64,000 nt of DNA, taken from positions 13,091 to 77,090 of the forward strand of contig JBJOMN010000066.1 of assembly GCA_046052345.1 (NCBI GenBank), in the 5' to 3' direction. The position numbers and the translations under genes are program-made. The notes beneath the pieces were generated by a model that searched no databases, was not told the origin of the DNA, and saw only the letters and a list, made by a program, of their open reading frames with translations. Positions 33,793 to 44,268 of the stretch are shown here, piece after piece (position 1 is the first letter of the stretch; the number at the start of each line of letters is the position of its first letter). The stretch is from Bacteroidota bacterium. Its GTDB lineage: Bacteria > Bacteroidota > Bacteroidia > AKYH767-A > 2013-40CM-41-45.

Positions 33793-35538
33793 ATGGCTTC
33801 GATGTCCTTCCGTTGCTTTAACGTGCGACTGCTGTTGCTTTTCCTGTTGCTTGCCGGAACGACCGGTGCGCAGAACGCCTCTTTTATGCTGCAGGTGCTG
33901 GTTGCGGGACCGTGTGCGGACGAGGCCTGTACCCGTATTACCGCCCGCTTCAGCGGGGATTCAGCCGCATGCATCCGGACACTGGAACGCCGGTTGAGCG
34001 CTCTGCGCTCGGAAGGTTACCCCGAAGCCTCGGTCGATTCTGTACGTTTCGACAAGGACACGGTGTTCGCTTTCGCTCTCATCGGCAGACACTATGAAGA
34101 GGTGTTACTGGACGGAAGCACCGTTCCTGAGCCGTTCGCCCCATCCGGTATGCGGAGGAATACGCTCGTATCCACCATGAAGCGTTCGCCCGCTGTGCTC
34201 GAAAGCATCCTGCAGGCTTGCGAAGAGAGCGGCTATCCGTTCGCATCCGTCAAACTGGATAGCATAGAGCCGATATCGAAAGGCATCCGCGCCTCCATCG
34301 TACTGGATAAAGGCCGGGCCGTACGTATCGACAGCGTCCGCATCCACGGTCCGGAGGTCGTGGCGCCGGTTTTCCTCTACAACTATCTAGGCATTTCTCC
34401 CGGGGACCTCTACAAGGAATCGTTGATCCGAAGGGTGGATACCCGTTTACGGGAACTTCCCTTCATCACCGCCGTCCGTCCGTCCGGTGTCCTGTTCGCC
34501 GAGGAGTATACGCGACTGGACCTTTTCGTGGACACCAGAAAAGCGAGCCAGTTCGACGGAGTCATCGGCCTGTTGCAGGGGGCCGAAGACGGCAAGGCAA
34601 GGCTTACGGGAGAGGCGCACCTGCGGCTGCAGAATTCCTTCAAACGCGGTGAGACGCTTGAATTCGACTGGAGACAACTCCCGCCCCGTTCACAGGACCT
34701 TAAGATTCATTTGCGTTATCCGTTCCTTTTCAACTCACCGGTAGGGCTGGACGGCTTCCTCAAACTGTACCGCAGGGATACGCTCTTCGTGGATGTCGAG
34801 AAGGACATCGGCGTCATAGTATCGCTGAAAGGCAATAACTACCTCAAAGTATTCCTGAATGACAAAAGCAGTAACCTGCAATCGACGGCGGGCCTGGCGA
34901 ACGTGACCGTTCTTCCTGATTACGCGGATGTATCCGTTACAGGATACGGGGCCGGCTTACTTTTCGAAGAGCTGGACTACCGATTGAATCCTCGAAGAGG
35001 TTTCAGGCTGGAATTCACCGGAGGAATAGGCTCCCGTGATATCCGCAAGAACAGCGGTATAAATCCAGCTGCCTATGAAGGCGTACAGCTGCGCAGTGCG
35101 CAGTATCAGGCCTACCTTGATGCCCGGCTTTTCATCCCTCTTTCCGGTCGATCGGTGGCTGCGCTTCAAAGCCGCTCCGCTTTCATTGCAGGCAATTCGC
35201 TGTTCGGCAACGAACTGTTCCGGATCGGAGGATTGCGCAGTCTGAGGGGATTCGACGAAGAGTCCATCTTCGCCTCCGCCTATACGATGGGTGTTGCAGA
35301 GTTAAGATACCTTACGGACGCTGACTCCTACTTGTCAGCCTTCTTCAATTTAGCCGCATACGAGAACAGCTCGGGAAACAGCTACAAGGCTGATTTACCG
35401 TGGGGATTCGGAACCGGCTATACATTCAGGACACGGCTGGGGATATTGTCCATCAGCTATGCCCTGGGAAGGCAGGAGGATAACCCGCTGATGATCCGCA
35501 ACGCGAAGGTCCACTTCGGAATCGTGAATTATTTCTGA
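33793..35538 (+). CDS. Omp85-superfamily outer membrane protein (POTRA-like N-terminal region plus C-terminal beta-barrel; BamA/TamA-like)
   Basis: Start at MASMSFRCFNVRLLLLFLLLAG (signal peptide). About 580 aa. POTRA-like segments. The C-terminus ends ...HFGIVNYF (aromatic terminal residue typical of OM barrels). Confidence 0.55.
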   Translation: MASMSFRCFNVRLLLLFLLLAGTTGAQNASFMLQVLVAGPCADEACTRITARFSGDSAACIRTLERRLSALRSEGYPEASVDSVRFDKDTVFAFALIGRHYEEVLLDGSTVPEPFAPSGMRRNTLVSTMKRSPAVLESILQACEESGYPFASVKLDSIEPISKGIRASIVLDKGRAVRIDSVRIHGPEVVAPVFLYNYLGISPGDLYKESLIRRVDTRLRELPFITAVRPSGVLFAEEYTRLDLFVDTRKASQFDGVIGLLQGAEDGKARLTGEAHLRLQNSFKRGETLEFDWRQLPPRSQDLKIHLRYPFLFNSPVGLDGFLKLYRRDTLFVDVEKDIGVIVSLKGNNYLKVFLNDKSSNLQSTAGLANVTVLPDYADVSVTGYGAGLLFEELDYRLNPRRGFRLEFTGGIGSRDIRKNSGINPAAYEGVQLRSAQYQAYLDARLFIPLSGRSVAALQSRSAFIAGNSLFGNELFRIGGLRSLRGFDEESIFASAYTMGVAELRYLTDADSYLSAFFNLAAYENSSGNSYKADLPWGFGTGYTFRTRLGILSISYALGRQEDNPLMIRNAKVHFGIVNYF

Positions 35539-35540
35539 GC

Positions 35541-36260
35541 TCACCAGCCGCTGGCCAGCACATCGGCAAGGTGCATCACTTTCATGGACGAACCGTGCTT
35601 CTTCATATAGCCCTGAAGGTGCATGAGGCAGGACTGATCGGTCGATACGATATATTCGACTTCTGTCGCTACGGCATTGATCATCTTCTGTTCCGCCATT
35701 CCGACTGCAATCGGCTCGTACTTGACCGAAAAGGTACCGCCGAATCCGCAGCACGTTTCGTTGTCCTTCATCTCGACGAGTTCAAGTCCCTTCACTGCTG
35801 ACAGCAGTCGACGGGGTTCTTCACGGATGCCGATTTCACGCAAACCGCTGCAGGAATCATGATAGGTCACCCGGGCATCCAAACGGGCCCCGAAGTCAGT
35901 CACCCCCAGGACATTCACCAGGAAATCACTGAGTTCGTAAATGTTCCGTTGGATGCTTTTGTATTGATTATGCCGGGTGGTATTGCTGAAAAGTTCGGCA
36001 TAGTAATTCTTCACCATTCCAACACAAGAAGCTGAAGGAGAGACGATTATGCGTTCATTCCGAAAGTCGTCCAGGAACTTCTCCCCGACCTCTTTGCATT
36101 GGTCCCAATACCCGGCGTTGAAGGCCGGCTGACCGCAGCAGGTCTGCTCCTCATTGTAATGGACCTTGCAGCCCGCCTTTTCCAGGACCTTGATCATGTT
36201 CCAGGCCGTGTCCGGAAATAGCTGGTCGATAAAACAGGGTATGAACAGGTCGACGTGCAT
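35541..36260 (-). CDS. (Fe-S)-binding protein with two cysteine-rich CCG domains (LutA/GlpC-like)
   Basis: 239 aa with two CCG motifs (QTCCGQP and ETCCGFGG). No adjacent lutB or lutC. Confidence 0.7.
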   Translation of the reverse strand: MHVDLFIPCFIDQLFPDTAWNMIKVLEKAGCKVHYNEEQTCCGQPAFNAGYWDQCKEVGEKFLDDFRNERIIVSPSASCVGMVKNYYAELFSNTTRHNQYKSIQRNIYELSDFLVNVLGVTDFGARLDARVTYHDSCSGLREIGIREEPRRLLSAVKGLELVEMKDNETCCGFGGTFSVKYEPIAVGMAEQKMINAVATEVEYIVSTDQSCLMHLQGYMKKHGSSMKVMHLADVLASGW

Positions 36261-36269
36261 GCGAGGGTA

Positions 36270-37589
36270 TCAGTCTTGGGGTTGCAGCCTGCGCTGTTTC
36301 CCGATGCGAAGTAACAAAATCAGGCCTATAATGAAAAAGGATGCGATGATGATGATACTGTTTCTCATGCTTCCCGTAAGCTCGTTGATATACCCGAAGA
36401 GGAACGTGCCGATCACGATTCCGACTTTTTCACTTACGTCGAAAAAGCTGAAATAGGAAGCATGATCCCTCGTGGCCGGAAGCAACTTCGAATATGTCGA
36501 ACGGGAGAGCGACTGTATTCCGCCCATTACGAGACCGACACATGCAGCCAGTCCTATGAACATGGATTGCTCGTCCACCCCGAAGCGTTTATCGCACATC
36601 CAGGCACCGAAGCAGATGAGTATCCAGACAGCGATGGCTAATGAAATCGCCGGAAGGTTGCCGAGCCGGGAAGAAAGGAAAGAGAACAGATACGCACCAC
36701 CTATGGCTACGAATTGTATGATCAGGATGACGGCTATCAGCACGGAGGAATCGAGATGCAATTCACCCGCACCGAAAAGCGTCGCCACATACATGACGGT
36801 CTGTACCCCCATATTGTAGAAAAAGTAGGCGAACAGGAAGCGTCGCAGGCGCTCGGTCTGCCGCAATTCGGTCCAGACCTTTTTAAGCTCACGATAACCG
36901 TTGAACAGGTAATGCCCGGCCACCTCGCGGCGTTGCTCTTTCCGGCGCAGATGATAAAAAGTGATCTGTGCGAAACCGAACCACCAGATCCCGACCAGTA
37001 CGAAGGCTAACCGGAAAGCCGGGCCCTTGCCTATCCCGCCGTACAAGTCCGGAAACAGAATCATGCTTAGGGAAAAGATCAGCAACAAGGAACTGCCGAT
37101 GTATCCCATAGCGAATCCGCGCGCACTGACGCGGTCCTGGTCGCCGGGAGCCGCGATTTCCGGAAGAAACGCATTGTAAAAGACGATACTGCCCGAGAAT
37201 CCGATGGCCGCTACGGCTGAACCGAAGACTCCGATCCAAAGCGTTTCTATGGAATCGAAGAAGTACAGGGAAGAACACGCAGCGGCACCCAGCGCACAGA
37301 AAAAGAACATGAATGCCCGCTTACGGCCTGAATAGTCGGCAATGGAGGATAGCAGCGGATTGATGAATGCGATTACCAGGAACGCAGCTGATATCGCATA
37401 TGTCTGAAGCGAGTCCGGATTGAACAACCGTCCGAGGAAACGCACTTGCGCACCAGCTCCGTTTCCGGTCACCGCACCGAAATAAATCGGGAAAAGCGCG
37501 GAAGTGATGACCAGCGAATACGCCGAATTGGCCCAGTCGTACATCGCCCACGCGGAAACGGTCTTCTTATCGGTATGCACGGGGGACAA
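36270..37589 (-). CDS. MFS transporter (UMF1/Atg22-like family)
   Basis: 439 aa with about 12 TM segments. Confidence 0.8.
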   Translation of the reverse strand: MSPVHTDKKTVSAWAMYDWANSAYSLVITSALFPIYFGAVTGNGAGAQVRFLGRLFNPDSLQTYAISAAFLVIAFINPLLSSIADYSGRKRAFMFFFCALGAAACSSLYFFDSIETLWIGVFGSAVAAIGFSGSIVFYNAFLPEIAAPGDQDRVSARGFAMGYIGSSLLLIFSLSMILFPDLYGGIGKGPAFRLAFVLVGIWWFGFAQITFYHLRRKEQRREVAGHYLFNGYRELKKVWTELRQTERLRRFLFAYFFYNMGVQTVMYVATLFGAGELHLDSSVLIAVILIIQFVAIGGAYLFSFLSSRLGNLPAISLAIAVWILICFGAWMCDKRFGVDEQSMFIGLAACVGLVMGGIQSLSRSTYSKLLPATRDHASYFSFFDVSEKVGIVIGTFLFGYINELTGSMRNSIIIIASFFIIGLILLLRIGKQRRLQPQD

Positions 37590-37610
37590 GATACTCAGAA
37601 TCGCAGTTTA

Positions 37611-38639
37611 TCAGGAAAAACGGTAGCCTTTGACCGTATCTACAAAGAACCTGACTTTTTCTTTTTCGATGTCCGGATACAATCCGTGTCCCAGGTTGGC
37701 GATATGCCGGTGCGGACCGAACTGCTGCAGCATACGGTGCGTCTCCTGTTGGATGGTATCGTAGGAAGCGTACAACAGGCACGGATCCATGTTGCCCTGC
37801 AAGGTCTTTTCTTTTCCGACGAGCTTCCGTGACTCTTCCGGACTCATGTTCCAATCGAGTCCGATCACCGCGCAGGGAAGGGACGACATGGCTTCGCGTG
37901 CGAAAAAAGCACCTTTGGCGAATACGACCACAGGCACCTCCGTGACTGCTTCGCAGATTACACGGATATACCTGAGCGCAAACTCCTCGTACTGGTCGGG
38001 CGACAACAAACCCGCCCAAGAATCAAACAGCTGTACGATGTCGGCACCGTTGGCGATCTGACCTTTCAGGTAATTGACTGTACTGACGGTGATCTTCTCG
38101 AGTAATCGGTGGGCAAGAGCAGGTTCCGTGTAGAGGAATTTCTTGGCAACGGAGAAGGTCTTGCTTCCCTTTCCTTCTACCATATAGGCCAGAATGGTCC
38201 ATGGAGCACCGGCAAAGCCGATCAGCGGCACCCGTCCGGCCAGTTGCTTTTTTGTGATCTGCAAAGCATCCATCACATAGGACAAATCGTCTGCTTCTGC
38301 GATTTTCAGGCGATCGATATCCGCGGCCGTGCTGACCGTATTCTCAAATGCAGGGCCTCGCGACTCAATGACCTCGTAAGGAAGACCCATGGCTTCAGGG
38401 ATCACCAGGATATCGGAGAAAATTATAGCCGCATCGACCCCCAGGATGTCAACCGGCTGAACGGTCACTTCAGCAGCCAATTCAGGCGTTTCGACCAACT
38501 GTTTAAAACCGCCCACCCCGGCCCTTACTGCGCGATACTCCGGCAACACCCTTCCGGCCTGTCGCATCAGCCAAACGGGCGTACGGTCGGTCTTTTCCCC
38601 GCGAGCAGCACGTAGAAGGAGATCGTTTTTCAATTTCAT
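37611..38639 (-). CDS. hemE: Uroporphyrinogen decarboxylase
   Basis: 342 aa with [11 protein letters not shown]-terminal motif. Confidence 0.92.
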   Translation of the reverse strand: MKLKNDLLLRAARGEKTDRTPVWLMRQAGRVLPEYRAVRAGVGGFKQLVETPELAAEVTVQPVDILGVDAAIIFSDILVIPEAMGLPYEVIESRGPAFENTVSTAADIDRLKIAEADDLSYVMDALQITKKQLAGRVPLIGFAGAPWTILAYMVEGKGSKTFSVAKKFLYTEPALAHRLLEKITVSTVNYLKGQIANGADIVQLFDSWAGLLSPDQYEEFALRYIRVICEAVTEVPVVVFAKGAFFAREAMSSLPCAVIGLDWNMSPEESRKLVGKEKTLQGNMDPCLLYASYDTIQQETHRMLQQFGPHRHIANLGHGLYPDIEKEKVRFFVDTVKGYRFS

Positions 38640-38656
38640 GATACGAAGGTAGGGAA

Positions 38657-38697
38657 TTGGTGGTTGGTGGTTGGAGCAGCTACTGACTACTGACTAC
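38657..38697. repeat. Two adjacent 7-nt tandem repeats (tggttgg x2.5; tactgac x2.3) in the 5' leader of hemE
   Basis: ttggtggttggtggttgg and tactgactactgactac in the 74-bp hemE/GT2 spacer. In mRNA sense this reads ccaaccaccaaccaccaa about 17 nt upstream of the hemE ATG. Confidence 0.5.
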
Positions 38698-38713
38698 AAA
38701 ATACCGATCGCTG

Positions 38714-39592
38714 TCAATCCTTGACGACTCTGTAATTACGGTACTCCCCGATGCGCCAACCGGTGAAGCGTTCCACCCACATCTTGAAGCGCGACTTGAA
38801 AGAGAGGCGTTTGCGGGTGGGATCGAAATCGAACGTCCAGTTCTTTTCAGCGATACGGCGGGACATGACCGCAGGATGCGTTCCATTGAAACGTGCCAAT
38901 GAATCGATTCCCGAGTAATCAAAGGCAGAGGCATCACCGGTGATGGCCCTTACGGCAGCGTCATCGTGCCAAAGACGGTGGAATTGTCGCTGCTTCTCCA
39001 TCTGCTTTTCGGGCGGCTTGACCCATCCGTAGTGGAAAACAGTTCCGCCGGAGGGCTTCACCCGCAAAGGCCGACCGTTTTTCTGAAATCCCTGGGCATC
39101 CCGGAATGAATAGGTCTGAGGATCGTAGCGGATGATACGCACTTCCTTCCGGTACCAACGGGAAGAGTCGCCGACGAAATCGTAGGAACCGTAGAAGTGC
39201 AGGTAATCGAAGAGCAGACCTTCCACCCGAACATCGTCCTTCCAGCGCTCCATGGCTTCGAGAATATGAGGATGAAAGCGTTCGTGGACGGCTTCGTCGC
39301 CCTGGATGTAAAACGCCCAGGTGGTATCGGATGATACTTTGGAAAGCGCCTTGTCGGTCTCCACCGCGAGCACTCTTCCGCCGGTCCTCAGTGAATCGTC
39401 CCATACACTGTCGTAGATTCGGATTTTTGAAGACCCGATCGATTCAATCAGGCCACGGGTACCATCGTCGGAGTCCCCGACCATGACGACGAATTCATCG
39501 CAGAGAGGGAGCACAGAGGTGATCGCCTCGACGATGGGATAATCCAACCGGACCGCGTTGCGGATAAAGGTGAAACCGGTGACCTTCATCAA
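38714..39592 (-). CDS. Glycosyltransferase family 2 protein
   Basis: 292 aa with an N-terminal GT-A fold including DD/DxD-like acidic motifs (GDSDDG, WDD). Confidence 0.75.
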   Translation of the reverse strand: MMKVTGFTFIRNAVRLDYPIVEAITSVLPLCDEFVVMVGDSDDGTRGLIESIGSSKIRIYDSVWDDSLRTGGRVLAVETDKALSKVSSDTTWAFYIQGDEAVHERFHPHILEAMERWKDDVRVEGLLFDYLHFYGSYDFVGDSSRWYRKEVRIIRYDPQTYSFRDAQGFQKNGRPLRVKPSGGTVFHYGWVKPPEKQMEKQRQFHRLWHDDAAVRAITGDASAFDYSGIDSLARFNGTHPAVMSRRIAEKNWTFDFDPTRKRLSFKSRFKMWVERFTGWRIGEYRNYRVVKD

Positions 39593-40933
39593 TCAGATAC
39601 CGGTGTAATTGAAGGGCGAGAAAGCCTTCAGCTCTTTCCTGACTTCTTCACGTACCTGAAGTCCGTCGATGAAGCGATGCAATTCCTCCTTACCGATCCG
39701 CGCATTGGTACGGGTCAGCGCTTTGAGCTGTTCGTACGGGTTGGGAACTCCCTCCCGTCGCAACACGGTCTGGATGGCTTCCGCTACCACCGACCAATTC
39801 GCCTCGAGGTCGGCATCAATGGCCTCCTTGTTCACGATAAGTTTGTCAAGGCCGCGCTGGAGAGACTTCAGTGCGATCAGCGTATGCGCAAACGGTACTC
39901 CGACGTTTCGCAGCACGGTCGAGTCCGTCAAGTCTCGCTGGAGGCGGCTGATGGGCAATTTTGCGGAAAGATGCTCGAACAGCGCATTGGCCATGCCCAA
40001 GTTGCCTTCGGAATTCTCGAAGTCGATCGGATTCACCTTGTGCGGCATAGCGGATGAGCCCACCTCCCCTTCCCGGATGCGCTGCTTGAAATAGTCCATC
40101 GAGATGTAGGTCCAGATGTCGCGGTTCAGGTCGACAAGGATGTTGTTGATACGTTTGAGGTTGTCGAACAACGCACACAGCTGATCGTAATGTTCGATCT
40201 GAGTGGTGACTTGCAGTCGTCTGAGGCCGAGCTTTTCCGAGACGAACCGGTCTGCAAAGCTTTTCCAGTCGACCGAGGGATAGGCTGCCAGGTGCGCATT
40301 GAAGTTGCCTGTAGCGCCTCCGAATTTGGCACAAAAGGGCACGTAGGACAACTGCTCCAGTTGGTTACGAAGGCGCTCGACGAAAACCCGAATCTCCTTA
40401 CCAAGACGAGTCGGAGAAGCGGGTTGGCCGTGGGTACGGGAAAGCATCGGAATCCCGTCCCAATCGGCAGACAGGGAGTCGAGGCGACGTACGACCGTAT
40501 CGATCAAAGGGTGATAGACGTTTTCCATTGCCTCTCGGATGGACAACGGGAACGCCGTATTATTAATGTCCTGGGAAGTAAGGCCGAAGTGTATGAACTC
40601 TCTGGCGGCCTCGACCGGTGTTCCGGCCGTCTTTTCTTTCAGGTAGTATTCGAGGGCTTTGACATCGTGATTGGTGGTACGCTCGAGCTCCTTGACGCGT
40701 GCGGCGTCATCGGGAGAGAAGGACCGGTAGATGTCGCGAAGGGATTCGTATACAGAAGGACTTGCCTTCGGCATGCCGGGCAGATCCGCCTCGAAAAGGG
40801 AAATCAGGTACTCCACTTCCACCCGCAGACGATAACGTATCAGGGCAGCCTCGGAGAAATAGTCCGAGAGCTCCCGGGTCTGATACCGGTAACGGCCGTC
40901 AACCGGCGAAATGGCATTCAAGGAATCTGTCAT
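39593..40933 (-). CDS. purB: Adenylosuccinate lyase
   Basis: Start at MTDSLNAISPVDGRYR, giving 447 aa. The ORF-track 5' extension is rejected. Fumarate-lyase signature region present. Confidence 0.92.
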   Translation of the reverse strand: MTDSLNAISPVDGRYRYQTRELSDYFSEAALIRYRLRVEVEYLISLFEADLPGMPKASPSVYESLRDIYRSFSPDDAARVKELERTTNHDVKALEYYLKEKTAGTPVEAAREFIHFGLTSQDINNTAFPLSIREAMENVYHPLIDTVVRRLDSLSADWDGIPMLSRTHGQPASPTRLGKEIRVFVERLRNQLEQLSYVPFCAKFGGATGNFNAHLAAYPSVDWKSFADRFVSEKLGLRRLQVTTQIEHYDQLCALFDNLKRINNILVDLNRDIWTYISMDYFKQRIREGEVGSSAMPHKVNPIDFENSEGNLGMANALFEHLSAKLPISRLQRDLTDSTVLRNVGVPFAHTLIALKSLQRGLDKLIVNKEAIDADLEANWSVVAEAIQTVLRREGVPNPYEQLKALTRTNARIGKEELHRFIDGLQVREEVRKELKAFSPFNYTGI

Positions 40934-41063
40934 CGGGGTTATGAAGCCGCGAAGGTACGAAAGTCGCCTCACACTTGAGTAACCTAAACGCCTGAAATCC
41001 AGCGGCCGGACAAAGCCAAAACCGGCTGGAATGTTCCCTCTTCGGGAAAACGGAAATTTGGGT

Positions 41064-41100
41064 GGAAACTTTGGATATGAAAATAGTTTCCATAGTTTTG
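41064..41100 (+). promoter_or_regulatory. TetR promoter (-33 TTTG 41070-41073; -7 TAgtTTTG 41093-41100) overlapped by inverted repeat ggaaact-N14-agtttcc (candidate TetR operator)
   Basis: Exact TTTG-N19-TAnnTTTG spacing 21 nt upstream of the TetR ATG. A 7-bp perfect inverted repeat spans the spacer. Confidence 0.45.
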
Positions 41101-41120
41101 CGCCGGATTTCAGGGATTCC

Positions 41121-41732
41121 ATGAGCGAACAACACGATAGGATTATCGAGGGGGCACGTGAGCTTTTTTTCCGTCACGGCATGAAGAGCGTGACGATGGA
41201 CGATCTGGCAGGACATCTCGGTATTTCCAAAAAAACGCTTTACCAGTATTACAATGACAAGGATGCCCTGGTCTTTGACATTACGACGCGGGAGATCCGT
41301 CTTCATGCGGCCGCAGTGGCGGAGATACGCAAACAGTCGGCCGATGCCATCCAGGAGATCCTTTCGGCCATGAAGATCATGTCAGCGATGATGAACAAGA
41401 TCGCTCCGACGGTGTTCTATGACCTTCAGAAGTACTACAAGAACTCCTGGAAGAGCTTTACGGATTTCAAGAACCATCAGATGTGCGACTTCATCGAGGA
41501 GAACCTGCGGCGCGGTATACGCCAGGGACTTTACAGGAAGGAGCTAAACCTTAAGATCATGGCACGACTTCGTCTGGAGGAACTTCAACTCGGCTTCAAC
41601 CCGGAGGTCTTTCCTCCTGACAGGTTCAACATCTTCGAAGTGCAACTGTCGATGATGGAGCACTTCCTGCACGGCATCGTGACACTGAAAGGGTACGAAT
41701 TCATCGAGAAATACAAGTCCAATCTGCAATAA
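41121..41732 (+). CDS. TetR/AcrR family transcriptional regulator
   Basis: Start at MSEQHDRIIEGARELFFRHGMKSVTMDDLAGHLGISKKTLYQYY (helix-turn-helix), giving 203 aa. Immediately upstream of the efflux operon. Confidence 0.8.
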   Translation: MSEQHDRIIEGARELFFRHGMKSVTMDDLAGHLGISKKTLYQYYNDKDALVFDITTREIRLHAAAVAEIRKQSADAIQEILSAMKIMSAMMNKIAPTVFYDLQKYYKNSWKSFTDFKNHQMCDFIEENLRRGIRQGLYRKELNLKIMARLRLEELQLGFNPEVFPPDRFNIFEVQLSMMEHFLHGIVTLKGYEFIEKYKSNLQ

Positions 41733-41747
41733 ACCAACTCCATCATA

Positions 41748-43103
41748 ATGAAGATACAGATCAGAAATCACATCGTCCTGCTGGTGATGACGGCTTTCGT
41801 CAGACAAGGAAATGCTGCCAGTGCAGACTCTTCGTTCCACTTCTCGGCCAAAGAGGCGATCGACTACGCCTTCGAGCACCAGAAAAACGTTCTCAATGCG
41901 AACATGGATGCCCGCATCTCCGAAGCCCAGGTGCGGGAGATCACCGGCATCGGACTTCCGCAAGTGAACGGGTCCGTCGATATCAAGGATTTCTTCGAAC
42001 TACCCACCAGTTTGATACCCGGAGAATTTTTCGGGGAGCCCGCAGGAACCTTCCTCCCTGTAAGATTCGGAACGCAATGGCAGGCCACGGCCGGACTGAC
42101 CGCCTCCCAGCTGCTTTTCGACCCCACCTACCTCATCGGACTGAAAGCCACGAAGACACTGCGTGAACTTTCGAACAAGAACGTGACGCGTACACGGATC
42201 GAAACAGCCGCCAACGTCACCAAGGCCTATTATGCGCTGTTACTGGTCCGTGAACGCAGAAGCGTGGTCGATGCCAACATCACCCGTATAGCAAAGCTCA
42301 AGCAGGATACCAAAGCGTTGTACGACAACGGTTTCGTGGAAAAAATCGATCTCGACCGGATCAACCTCACCTATAACAACATGATGAGCGAGAAAGAGAA
42401 GTTCGACCACCTCGAACTGATGACGGAAAACCTTCTCAAATACCAGATGGGGATGCCCTTAGGCTCCGCCCTGACGCTCACGGATTCGCTGGACTACTCC
42501 AAGGTGAAGAACACTTCCGTCAACGCCTCCGGCGCGGATGTCACTAAACGGATCGAGTACAACATCCTGCAGACCCAGTACCGCCTGGAGGAATTCAACA
42601 TGCAACGCTACAAGTCGGGATATCTTCCGAACCTGGTCGCTTATGCCAATGTGAGTTCAACTGCCCAGCGCAACGCTTTCGACCTGCTCGACCCGGACAA
42701 GCGCTGGTATCCGACCGGAATCGTGGGCGCTTCCCTCAACATCCCGATATTCGACGGCTTGCAAAAGCAAGCAAGGATCCGCCAGAGCCGATACAACCTG
42801 GAAAAAGTCCGTAACGAGATTGAAAACTTCCGAAACGCGGCCACGCTCCAACAGCAGAACAGCCGACTTGCGTTGCAGGACGCACTTCGCACCCTGGATC
42901 TCCAGGAACAGAACCTGCATCTGGCCGAAGACGTGGTCCGCATCTCCAAACTGAAGTACGACCAGGGCGTCGGCTCGAACCTTGAAGTCCTGGATGCCGA
43001 AACCTCCCTTAAGGAAGCGCAATCCAATTATTACAGCTCCGTTTACGATGCCATCGTATCGAAGATCGATCTTGACGTAGCAGCCGGCGATTTCAACTAC
43101 TGA
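41748..43103 (+). CDS. TolC-family outer membrane efflux protein
   Basis: 451 aa with a signal peptide and two OEP repeats. Confidence 0.85.
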   Translation: MKIQIRNHIVLLVMTAFVRQGNAASADSSFHFSAKEAIDYAFEHQKNVLNANMDARISEAQVREITGIGLPQVNGSVDIKDFFELPTSLIPGEFFGEPAGTFLPVRFGTQWQATAGLTASQLLFDPTYLIGLKATKTLRELSNKNVTRTRIETAANVTKAYYALLLVRERRSVVDANITRIAKLKQDTKALYDNGFVEKIDLDRINLTYNNMMSEKEKFDHLELMTENLLKYQMGMPLGSALTLTDSLDYSKVKNTSVNASGADVTKRIEYNILQTQYRLEEFNMQRYKSGYLPNLVAYANVSSTAQRNAFDLLDPDKRWYPTGIVGASLNIPIFDGLQKQARIRQSRYNLEKVRNEIENFRNAATLQQQNSRLALQDALRTLDLQEQNLHLAEDVVRISKLKYDQGVGSNLEVLDAETSLKEAQSNYYSSVYDAIVSKIDLDVAAGDFNY

Positions 43104-43117
43104 AAAAACAAATCATC

Positions 43118-44248
43118 ATGAACAGACATATGCGAAGCAAACTCCCTTTTTTCGCCTTGGCAGCCCTGTTGTCCGCTTGCGGAGGAAACGGCAACGACAA
43201 CGTCGAGCGACTCAATGAACTGAAGAAACAACAATCCGCACTGCGTGAGGAGATAGCACGTCTGGAGGCTGAAATAGCTTCTGCAGACACGACCGCCGGC
43301 GACGGCAAGTCGAAACTAATCGCCACTACCATCATGCGCCCTTCCGCATTCACCCACTATGTGGAAGTACAGGGCCGCGTGGAAGGCGACCAAGACGTGA
43401 CCATCGGCGCTGAAATGCCCGGGACCGTCACCAAGGTACTTGTGAATGCCGGCGACGCCGTCTTGAAGGGGCAACTGCTTGCCACACTTGACGACCGGGT
43501 GATCCGGCAGGGACTGCAGGAAGTGGAGACGCAGTTCGAATTGGCAAACCAAGTCTATGAAAGGCAGAAGAACCTCTGGCAACAGAAGATCGGAAGCGAG
43601 ATACAGTTCCTTCAGGCGAAGACCGCCAAGGATGCCCTTGAAAAGCGACTTGCAACCACCCGGGAACAGCTCGAGATGACACGCATCAAGTCACCGATCA
43701 GCGGCACCGTCGACCAGGTCATGACAAAGACCGGACAAGCCGCCGCACCCGGCGTTCCTGCCTTCCGCATCGTGAACCTTCAGGACTTGAAGGTAGTAGG
43801 TGAAGTAGCGGAGTCCTACATTTCCGGCATCAAGACCGGCAACGAGACCGTAATCGTATTCCCGGACCTCGACAAGTCGGTCGTCTCGCGCCTGGACCAT
43901 GCCGGGAAGGCCATCAACCGGCTGAACAGGACTTTCAACGTGGAAGTCCATCTGAAAGACGAAAACGGCACCTTCCGACCGAACATGGTGGCTGTCCTAA
44001 AAATCGCGGATTACTCGAACCCTAAGAGTTTCACGCTTCCCGTCGGAGCGATCCAGCGTTCAGGAGAGGGCTCCTTCGTCTATGTCACGGAGACCTCCGG
44101 CAAAAGCATCGTCGCCAAACGCCGTAATGTGAAGACCGGCATGACCTACAACGGCATCACCCAGATTCTGGAAGGTATCACCGAGGGCGACGAAGTCATC
44201 ACAACCGGCTATCAGGGTGTCATCGAAGGAGACGCCGTCAGCCGCTGA
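43118..44248 (+). CDS. Efflux RND transporter periplasmic adaptor subunit
   Basis: 376 aa with lipoprotein signal (LSACGG), coiled-coil, lipoyl and beta-barrel domains. Confidence 0.85.
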   Translation: MNRHMRSKLPFFALAALLSACGGNGNDNVERLNELKKQQSALREEIARLEAEIASADTTAGDGKSKLIATTIMRPSAFTHYVEVQGRVEGDQDVTIGAEMPGTVTKVLVNAGDAVLKGQLLATLDDRVIRQGLQEVETQFELANQVYERQKNLWQQKIGSEIQFLQAKTAKDALEKRLATTREQLEMTRIKSPISGTVDQVMTKTGQAAAPGVPAFRIVNLQDLKVVGEVAESYISGIKTGNETVIVFPDLDKSVVSRLDHAGKAINRLNRTFNVEVHLKDENGTFRPNMVAVLKIADYSNPKSFTLPVGAIQRSGEGSFVYVTETSGKSIVAKRRNVKTGMTYNGITQILEGITEGDEVITTGYQGVIEGDAVSR

Positions 44249-44268
44249 TCATCGAACAAACGTCTCCT

